A stretch of DNA of 64,000 nucleotides from positions 6,334 to 70,333 of the forward strand of contig JAAFJS010000003.1 of the NCBI GenBank assembly GCA_013298985.1, read 5' to 3'. Source of the DNA: Cytophagales bacterium. GTDB taxonomy: Bacteria; Bacteroidota; Bacteroidia; Cytophagales; Thermoflexibacteraceae. The position numbers and the translations under genes were made by a program. Numbering within the stretch: position 1 is the first letter of the stretch; each line of letters begins with the position of its first letter. Positions 56,927-64,000 of this stretch are shown piece after piece. Below the pieces are notes generated by a model. It saw only the letters and a program-made list of their open reading frames with translations, was not told where the DNA came from and did not search any database.

Positions 56927-59428
56927 TTATCTACGTCTAAATATCAACTCACTTGCCTTTGCTTTCTCAATTTCTGCTTTGTTCATCATCATTTTGCGGA
57001 ACTTGCCCTCATTGTAAAGCTGGGCTTGGTCGTCGTAGTGTTTGCTCATAAAATAGCCTGATTGTCCCGTAGGAAGCACACTGACAGCATTTTCTACGTC
57101 TGCAAAGTCAATCAAAATGCGTTTTGAAGGACCTGCACTTACCTGATGGATTTGACCTTTGGTGAGCAGAGATTTGATATTATTGATAACCTCAGCACCG
57201 CCACTGACCTCAAAAGCACCCACGTTAAATAAATGATTTAGTGGCTTTTGTATGCCCAAAGGGTGTTTATGTTCCAAAATATGCACCTTTCTCCACCGCC
57301 AATCGTCCATATCTTTGCCCAACTGAGTTTCCAGATTTTCTATTGTTTTTTGGAAGGCTTGCACTAAAATTTCTTTGCGCGTTTCTTTCGTGTCTTTGGA
57401 GGTCAAGTTGTCCCACCAAACCGAATTTTCGTTATTGAGCAATTTTGGTAGGGTATAAAGCAGTAAATGCGTTTGTTGTAAAGTCCCAAAATCTTTTTCA
57501 CCCAACTCGTCCAAGAAAATGCCTTCTGTAATAAAGTACAAGAATTTGTAGTAAATGGTTGGCGCAATGTCATTTAATTGGTGGTCGCCGTCCCATTTTT
57601 TCAAAGTATCAAGCGCGGGGTGTGCCACCTGATTTTCCATGATAGACAGCATCAATTTGAGGTGGTCTTTGGCAGTGGCAGAAGTTGCGTCCATTACCAT
57701 TTTTTGCAGTGCGTCCATGTCCCACTTTTCCTTTCTACTTTCCAGCAGTTGCTCTATTCGCCTGGCGCGGTCGTCGGTGAGGTAATAACCTGAATACAAT
57801 ACGCCATTGACCGTATCTGGCTGATTATTAGCAGAATAAACATAATCTTTGCTGGGGTTGATATTTTGAGGATTTTCAGTAAAATTATAATTGCCTTGCG
57901 GGTCATCTTTGCCACTTGCCCCGTCCAAAAACAGCATAGAATTAACTTGGGAAGGTCTTTTGGGGATTTTTGCTGCCGCCCACCACGCGATATCGCCTTG
58001 TTGATTGGCATACATTACGTTCACACCTGGTGCATCTATCATGCTTGCGCCCTCCTGCGCGTCGTTGAGGGTACGCGAGTGCATGAGCTTATAAACAGAT
58101 TGCAGAATCGTATTGGGTTGCTGTGTAAATGACCACCAAACTGCCACAGGCGCATTATTGATTTCTTGGGCATCTTTGAGCAAAACATCATTGATAATCG
58201 CCCCATGTTTGGATTCTCTCACCTGAAGCCTGACCTCTGCGCCATCTTTTACTTTGATAACTTCCTCTCTTATCTTCAAATCCGCCCAGTGGTCTATCTC
58301 CCAAACCTGATTGGGGTTTTGAGGATTTACTTTTTCCCTAAAAAAATCAGCATCATCATTCTCGAACATGGTCAATCCCCAGCCCGAAACGTCGTTATGA
58401 CCTATCACCGCAAAAGGCAAACCAGCCAAGTGATTTCCATAAAAACGGCTGTTGCCATACTCCAAATGCGCCTCAAACCAAACCGCAGGTTGAGAATAAC
58501 CAATGTGGGCATCATTGGAAAGTAGTGGCTTGCCCGACTTGGATTTTGCGCCACTGATTACCCAGCCATTGCTTCCATGAAAAAGCGGAACAGGCAGATT
58601 ATCAGTGATTTGGGTAGTGAGGGCGGCAAGTTCGGTCATGCGGTCAGCCTTACTTGACGATATTTCAGCAAACTTTTCACCTAAAAAAAGTGTAGGATTT
58701 AATACATTTTTTACTGTTTTTGCTGCTTTTGTTGCCGAATCAGGCTGTTCTTTTTGCATCACAGGAATTTTCAAAATTGTGCTGTCAGAATGAACCAGTA
58801 AATCATTGTAATAATTTTGCCCTAATTTTTCATAAATTTTAGTGATAAGTGGGTCAGTGCGAAACGCCTGAGCAAAGCCAAAAGCCATGAAACCACTGAC
58901 CAAATAACAGTCCTTGGGCGCAAACTTGGTCTTGGGAATCCCTAAAATAGAAAACTCAATGGGCGTTTTCCCTGTTTCGACAAACTGATTAATTCCGTCC
59001 AGGTACGCATTGGCGGCTTGCTGGTAAGGCAGGGAATTGGTGCTAAAAAATGCCTGAGCAGATTTTTCAGCGATTTGATTCATGCCCAGCGTGCGAAAAA
59101 GTTTGTCCGTTTCTACCAAGTCCTTGCCCAAAATCTCCGCAAGCCTGCCCGACGCGACGCGACGAATCATCTCCATCTGAAAAAGGCGTTCCTGCGCGTG
59201 CAGGTAGCCCAGCGCGCGATAAGCATCAGGCTCTGACTGCGCGTAAATATGAGGAATCCCATATTCATCAAAAATCACTTTGACCGAATCTTGGAGGCTG
59301 GTAAGGGAAATTTCGCCCTCCATTTGGGGCTTCAAGCTGACCAAATAGCCATATAAAAATGCGCCTGCCACGATTAAAATAAGCAATAACGCACCAAAAA
59401 GTTTAATAATTGTACTTTTCATCTTCAT
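56927..59428 (-). CDS. penicillin acylase family Ntn-hydrolase
   Basis: FDEYGIPHIYA, HAQERLFQME, GSNGW (Ser nucleophile), NDAH, PTGQSG, HYDDQ. Confidence 0.92.
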   Translation of the reverse strand: MKMKSTIIKLFGALLLILIVAGAFLYGYLVSLKPQMEGEISLTSLQDSVKVIFDEYGIPHIYAQSEPDAYRALGYLHAQERLFQMEMIRRVASGRLAEILGKDLVETDKLFRTLGMNQIAEKSAQAFFSTNSLPYQQAANAYLDGINQFVETGKTPIEFSILGIPKTKFAPKDCYLVSGFMAFGFAQAFRTDPLITKIYEKLGQNYYNDLLVHSDSTILKIPVMQKEQPDSATKAAKTVKNVLNPTLFLGEKFAEISSSKADRMTELAALTTQITDNLPVPLFHGSNGWVISGAKSKSGKPLLSNDAHIGYSQPAVWFEAHLEYGNSRFYGNHLAGLPFAVIGHNDVSGWGLTMFENDDADFFREKVNPQNPNQVWEIDHWADLKIREEVIKVKDGAEVRLQVRESKHGAIINDVLLKDAQEINNAPVAVWWSFTQQPNTILQSVYKLMHSRTLNDAQEGASMIDAPGVNVMYANQQGDIAWWAAAKIPKRPSQVNSMLFLDGASGKDDPQGNYNFTENPQNINPSKDYVYSANNQPDTVNGVLYSGYYLTDDRARRIEQLLESRKEKWDMDALQKMVMDATSATAKDHLKLMLSIMENQVAHPALDTLKKWDGDHQLNDIAPTIYYKFLYFITEGIFLDELGEKDFGTLQQTHLLLYTLPKLLNNENSVWWDNLTSKDTKETRKEILVQAFQKTIENLETQLGKDMDDWRWRKVHILEHKHPLGIQKPLNHLFNVGAFEVSGGAEVINNIKSLLTKGQIHQVSAGPSKRILIDFADVENAVSVLPTGQSGYFMSKHYDDQAQLYNEGKFRKMMMNKAEIEKAKASELIFRRR

Positions 59429-59486
59429 TATTATAAGAAAAAATTTTATTCAAATCTAAGTAAAATCTTTGATTGCTCTACTCAAA

Positions 59487-60929
59487 TCAAAGAGAAAATG
59501 AATCAACTACCTTGTATATTTCCAAATTATTAATCAGAGGACAGGCTTTGGATTCCAAAATGGTAATTTTTACTTTGGACGTAGTAACGGTGGGGAATTT
59601 GACCATGCGTTTGTTGCCAATCGTGGTTTCTTTGGCTACCTCCTGCCACTGGTTATCTTTGAAAACGTGGATAGAAAAAGACTGGACGCGCTGCCCCAAA
59701 GCAATAAACTCTTGCAAAACAACGGTATTTATTTCGCTATCTGCCTGCAAATCAATCTCTAAGCTACCTGTGGTAATGAGGTCGTCCGTAGTCCAGTAGC
59801 TTTTTTTGTCCTCGTCAGTAACCTTGTTTCCACCAAATTTTTCATTATTTCCCCGCATAGTGCTTACCGTTACAGGTTTTCCTTTTGCCAGATTAGTTTC
59901 AAAAGATTTGTCCAAGTATTTTCGCAAGTTCACCAAGGCGGCAGAGTCATTTTCATGGACTAAGCCGCGCCTGTCCACAGGCAGATTGAGCAGTAAATTT
60001 CCATTGCGCCCGACTGACTGAAAATAAATTTCTACCAACTTCCCAAGCGTTTTTACCTTGTCGTCTTGGTCGGCATGGTAATACCAACCTGGGCGAATAG
60101 AAACATCACATTCGGCTGGAATCCAGTGAGTTCCGCCTTCGTGTCCAGAGGTCAATTCCTGAATTTTGGGGTAGCCAGGATATACTTTGTCGCCGTTTAG
60201 CGTTCCCCAGTTCGTTGGGTTAGCATAGCCTTTTTCGTTGCCCACCCAGCGTATATCAGGACCTCCATCACTAAAAATACAAGCATTGGGCTGATGCGTT
60301 CTTACCACCTCTACAAAGCCTTTCCAGTCATATTCTTGCTTTTTTCCGTTTGTTCCTTCACCGTTTGCTCCATCAAACCATACCTCAAACATTTCTCCAT
60401 AATTTGTCAAAACCTCTTTGAGTGTGTTTTTAAAAACTTCATTATACGCTGGCGTACCATAAGTGGGGTGATTTCTGTCCCAAGGCGACAGGTAAACGCC
60501 CATTTTTAAGCCATGCTTTTGGCAGGCATCAGCCAGCTCCCTCACCACATCTCCTTTTCCACCTTTCCAAGTGCTATTTTTGACCGAATGTTCGGTATAT
60601 TGGCTTGGAAACAAACAAAATCCATCATGGTGTTTGACCGTCAGAATGATTCCTTTCATGCCCGCCTGCTTGCATACACGCGCCCACTGCTCACAATCCA
60701 ACTGCGTAGGATTGAAGTTGGCAGGTTTTTCTGTGCCATGTCCCCATTCCTCATTGGTAAAAGTATTCATGTTAAAATGCACAAAAGCATAATATTCTAA
60801 TTCGTGCCAAGCCAGCTGTCGCGGTGCAGGTGTAGCTCCAAAAGTGGTAGGAGGCACAGTTTCCTTATTTTCGCAAGAAAAAAACACCAAAGAAATACAA
60901 AAAATGAGCAATGCAATGGATTTGGTCAT
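59487..60929 (-). CDS. alpha-L-fucosidase (GH29) with C-terminal F5/8 type C module, lipoprotein
   Basis: TVKHHDGFCL, YLSPWD, WFDGA, ECDVSIRPGWYY, SVGRNGNLLLN; lipobox FFSC; start at MTKSI. Confidence 0.9.
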   Translation of the reverse strand: MTKSIALLIFCISLVFFSCENKETVPPTTFGATPAPRQLAWHELEYYAFVHFNMNTFTNEEWGHGTEKPANFNPTQLDCEQWARVCKQAGMKGIILTVKHHDGFCLFPSQYTEHSVKNSTWKGGKGDVVRELADACQKHGLKMGVYLSPWDRNHPTYGTPAYNEVFKNTLKEVLTNYGEMFEVWFDGANGEGTNGKKQEYDWKGFVEVVRTHQPNACIFSDGGPDIRWVGNEKGYANPTNWGTLNGDKVYPGYPKIQELTSGHEGGTHWIPAECDVSIRPGWYYHADQDDKVKTLGKLVEIYFQSVGRNGNLLLNLPVDRRGLVHENDSAALVNLRKYLDKSFETNLAKGKPVTVSTMRGNNEKFGGNKVTDEDKKSYWTTDDLITTGSLEIDLQADSEINTVVLQEFIALGQRVQSFSIHVFKDNQWQEVAKETTIGNKRMVKFPTVTTSKVKITILESKACPLINNLEIYKVVDSFSL

Positions 60930-61221
60930 TGGGTGTTGGGGTTTATATTTTTGATATGAGAGTAAAAGTATCAAACTTTTTTAAAATGATAGCTACTGTT
61001 TTCTTATCTCTGTTTTCAAATCCTTTTAAAAAGACATGATAATTGCTACCTTTTCACATTCACTAATTTTTCTTGAGCATAAGAAATCAATGAAAATGAG
61101 CATAGAAATAGCGTGTAAATTATTTTCATGGCTATCTCTAATTTGTGTAATGATTTGGTCGTATTTTTTTGCAGTTGCTACCACACCTTACATAAAAACT
61201 CGTTAGTTGCTGGCGTTTTTT

Positions 61222-63144
61222 TTAGTATCTCACATCAATATTATACCCAACCCCCATACTACTATGTTTCTTAAATTTTGCCTGACTTGATTTTTTGTAA
61301 AGAGTCCCACTATTTAATAATCCAAGAGAAAAAAAGATAGCTTCTCCTTTATTGTTTTCTCCTTCTATATCCACCCACTCAAGGGTAACGATAATGTCTT
61401 TATTTAAAACTATATGATAAGGTTTTAAATCGACTGTGATTTTCCCAACTTGTTTGGGGTCAATAGGTACGAGGATATTTTCTGTCAAGATATTTTCTTT
61501 CGGTTTACCATTTTCTATGCTGTAAAAATTAAGCCTAAAAATAGATTTTGCACTCAATCTATTGTATGAAATATTAAAATTGAAAGCATCTACAAATGTT
61601 GGGGCTTTCCGAATACTGATTTTAACTCCCATTTCAGCACCTAATTGGTCATAGCCAAAGCCTGTGCTTACAAATTTGGATTCAGTTTTGTTCCCAAGCG
61701 TTTTTTTCTTAAATGCTTTTGCTGTAATAACTACTTCGTTTAATTCACTAATTTGCTCTTCCAGTTTTATAGAAAGTGTTTCGTTTTTCTGTTTAAAATC
61801 CTTTATTAAAATTTCAATTGGTTTGTATCCAATGGACGAAATTCTTAGTGTATCATTTAATAATTCTTCTTTGAGGGAAAGCGTAAATTTACCATCAGTA
61901 TTTGCAACAGTTCCAATTTCTCGATTTAAAACTCCAATATTCACGTAGGGCAATGGCTGATTAGTTTTTTTGTCAATTATCAAACCGAATATGTCTATTG
62001 AAACCTTTGTATTTTTGGAAATGTCGTATGGCTTTTCTGTGGTATAATTCAATGCCTTCAAATTTCCCCAAAGCGGAGTAAATATATCTTTGTTTTGTAA
62101 TGATTTCTCAAAAAAAGATAACATTATATTTTCAATGTCATTATAAATTTGAACTGAGTTTTCTGAGGCATTAAGTATTGAGGAAAAACAAGTAAAGTCT
62201 GCATGGGAACTGTTTTTGAAACGAAGATAGTATTTTTCGGAATTTAATATTTTGAAATAATTATATTCTTTAGATGGTTCAAACTCATCAAGTTTATCTC
62301 CACTTTCCAAATACACATAATATTTGATGGCTTGAGTAGCAGGGTTCAAAAGTTGTGAATCATAGATTCGTTGAATAAATTGGTCATTTTCAGTTTCTTT
62401 TCCAAAAAAATGTGTTTCAGTTCCATCAAGTGATAAAAAGGCTTTTGTATTTGGGTTTCTATTAATAAAAACTGCTGAACTCATTCCACCCCAACTACAA
62501 CCAATGATACCAAATTTTTTAAAATCAGCATTAAAAAAATTGTTTGCTTTTAAGTAACGAACTGCAAATTCGGCATCATAAACTTGTTCCATCATATCAG
62601 CCATTTCATTTGTCATATTTCCTGGGTATCTTCCCACAGACCAAATTGCAACAACTACATATCCATTTTGTGCCAATTTTTCTAAGATTTTATAATTTTC
62701 AAAGCCCATTCCATTAAAGCCTGACATATAGAAAATAACTGGGTGATTTCCTGACGAAGTATTGAGGTTGGCGTATGTATTTGTTTTAATATTGAGTAAT
62801 TTTTGCCTATCTGCCCCTATTCTTAACTCGGCTACATAGAATTGTGCCAATTCATTGGCTATACCTGTGTAATCTTTATTGTCCTGATAATTAACTGCCC
62901 GTTGTTCAAATAGTCCGAACAAATCACCAAAGTCTAATGAATTACCTTTTTTGTCAGTTGATGGATACCAAATGTCCAAATCGACGGGTCGGTAATGTAA
63001 GCCATGGGTCAATGCTGTATTTGGTTTGTAAATTCTTGTACTATCTTTTAATTGGAGAGATTTGAATCCAGCGTGATAAGTTTGCCCAAGGCTATTTCCA
63101 AAAGTCAGTAGGGTTATAATCAATGTAAATTGTATTTTTTTCAT
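61222..63144 (-). CDS. secreted alpha/beta hydrolase fused to a carboxypeptidase-regulatory-like domain
   Basis: IWYP, LAQNGYVV, GCSWGG nucleophile elbow, SLDG, HADF; then GLIIDKKTNQPLPYVNI...SSIGYK...LNEVVI. Confidence 0.8.
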   Translation of the reverse strand: MKKIQFTLIITLLTFGNSLGQTYHAGFKSLQLKDSTRIYKPNTALTHGLHYRPVDLDIWYPSTDKKGNSLDFGDLFGLFEQRAVNYQDNKDYTGIANELAQFYVAELRIGADRQKLLNIKTNTYANLNTSSGNHPVIFYMSGFNGMGFENYKILEKLAQNGYVVVAIWSVGRYPGNMTNEMADMMEQVYDAEFAVRYLKANNFFNADFKKFGIIGCSWGGMSSAVFINRNPNTKAFLSLDGTETHFFGKETENDQFIQRIYDSQLLNPATQAIKYYVYLESGDKLDEFEPSKEYNYFKILNSEKYYLRFKNSSHADFTCFSSILNASENSVQIYNDIENIMLSFFEKSLQNKDIFTPLWGNLKALNYTTEKPYDISKNTKVSIDIFGLIIDKKTNQPLPYVNIGVLNREIGTVANTDGKFTLSLKEELLNDTLRISSIGYKPIEILIKDFKQKNETLSIKLEEQISELNEVVITAKAFKKKTLGNKTESKFVSTGFGYDQLGAEMGVKISIRKAPTFVDAFNFNISYNRLSAKSIFRLNFYSIENGKPKENILTENILVPIDPKQVGKITVDLKPYHIVLNKDIIVTLEWVDIEGENNKGEAIFFSLGLLNSGTLYKKSSQAKFKKHSSMGVGYNIDVRY

Positions 63145-63249
63145 AAAACTATTTTTTTAATTTTAGTTTTGATTTGGATTTAGCACAACATTCTTACAAA
63201 ACGCAATCTTTACCTTTATTTTATCTTCGGTGCTAATCAATCTGACACT

Positions 63250-64000
63250 TTAATATTTGACCTTGGCGATATAAAAAACCTTGCGTTTTTGTTTGTGGTC
63301 TTTTTTTCTTTCTTTCTTATCGTCAGCTTTTGCATCAGATGTAATGCTCTTATTTTCAATGAGTTGGTAGCCCCAAGCCAAAAAATGTTTTTTGTACCAA
63401 TACGCGATTTCGCTGCTATACGTTTTGCCGACTTTATCTTCGGGAAAAGCCGTTGGAATCTTGACTTTGCCCTCATTGTCTATCACTTCCTGACTTTGCA
63501 CCATTTTAGACCTGATGAAGCCCTCTGCGCCATAGAGCATCGTGAGGCTGTTGGGGCGCGGGTGGAGGTGGATAATCTTTTGCAAATCTCTATTTTTGAC
63601 GTGTTCTATCTTAAACACATTGTCCCACTGCATTTTCCCTTTTTCATCAAAACTCATCACGACGGCGTGGGTGTGCTGGTAGCCCTCAAACACAATCTCA
63701 GAGGTAACACCTTCCCTGCGCCCCAGCCAGTCTATCTTGGGCGTATGTTTGTAAAGCGGAAAATATGCCTCCGCAACCAATAAAATGTCATTGGCGCGCT
63801 GAATAGGGCTGTGTACGAGCAGGCGGTATTGCAGGCGCACATCTTTGCCTCTGAGTGTTTTTTGCTTTTCGTTTAACCTACTTTTTAGCTTATCTATGCG
63901 TTTTTGTTCCTCTTCGGGCAGGTAACTAAAAAAGTTTTTGAAATTGGTAAACGGATAAAATCGGATATATTCCTGCGAGTTATCTGCCTGAAAACCAGCA
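63250..64000 (-). CDS. conserved hypothetical protein, 5' end outside the window
   Basis: The frame stays open from 63840 to the window edge (...FTNFKNFFSYLPEEEQKRIDK...). Confidence 0.75.
   Translation of the reverse strand, partial: AGFQADNSQEYIRFYPFTNFKNFFSYLPEEEQKRIDKLKSRLNEKQKTLRGKDVRLQYRLLVHSPIQRANDILLVAEAYFPLYKHTPKIDWLGRREGVTSEIVFEGYQHTHAVVMSFDEKGKMQWDNVFKIEHVKNRDLQKIIHLHPRPNSLTMLYGAEGFIRSKMVQSQEVIDNEGKVKIPTAFPEDKVGKTYSSEIAYWYKKHFLAWGYQLIENKSITSDAKADDKKERKKDHKQKRKVFYIAKVKY

Noticed and set aside
189-63783. Numerous 60-180-aa ORFs antisense to or overlapping the called genes (e.g. 9154-9633, 15281-15787, 19758-20291, 44273-44719, 63289-63783)
   Set aside because: Shadow ORFs of well-supported genes, with no recognisable motifs.

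Overview
AT-rich Bacteroidota chromosomal window, probably Cytophagales (inferred from SusC/SusD, a T9SS type-B CTD protein, TssD, short CarB and TAnnTTTG promoter boxes). It is mostly housekeeping and metabolic genes (menF-like, rluA, sodA, pdxA, mutS2, carB, two rlpA, GH78, GH29, penicillin acylase). Small accessory modules include a PIN toxin-antitoxin pair, an Rpn nuclease, an ABC-ATPase plus PD-(D/N)xK pair, a Menshen-like DUF262/DUF3696-ATPase/effector operon with a degenerate DUF262 motif and a fourth gene, an orphan TssD, and a two-EAD adaptor. The most unusual signal is a set of small palindromic and MITE-like elements. One family occurs both as cargo inside a TIR-bounded MITE (6256-6358) and in frame inside an IcmF-like mutase. 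That mutase also carries three in-frame short tandem repeats and lacks its cobalamin-binding domain. No rRNA, tRNA or CRISPR array was seen. All family assignments are from motif recognition by eye; no searches were run.
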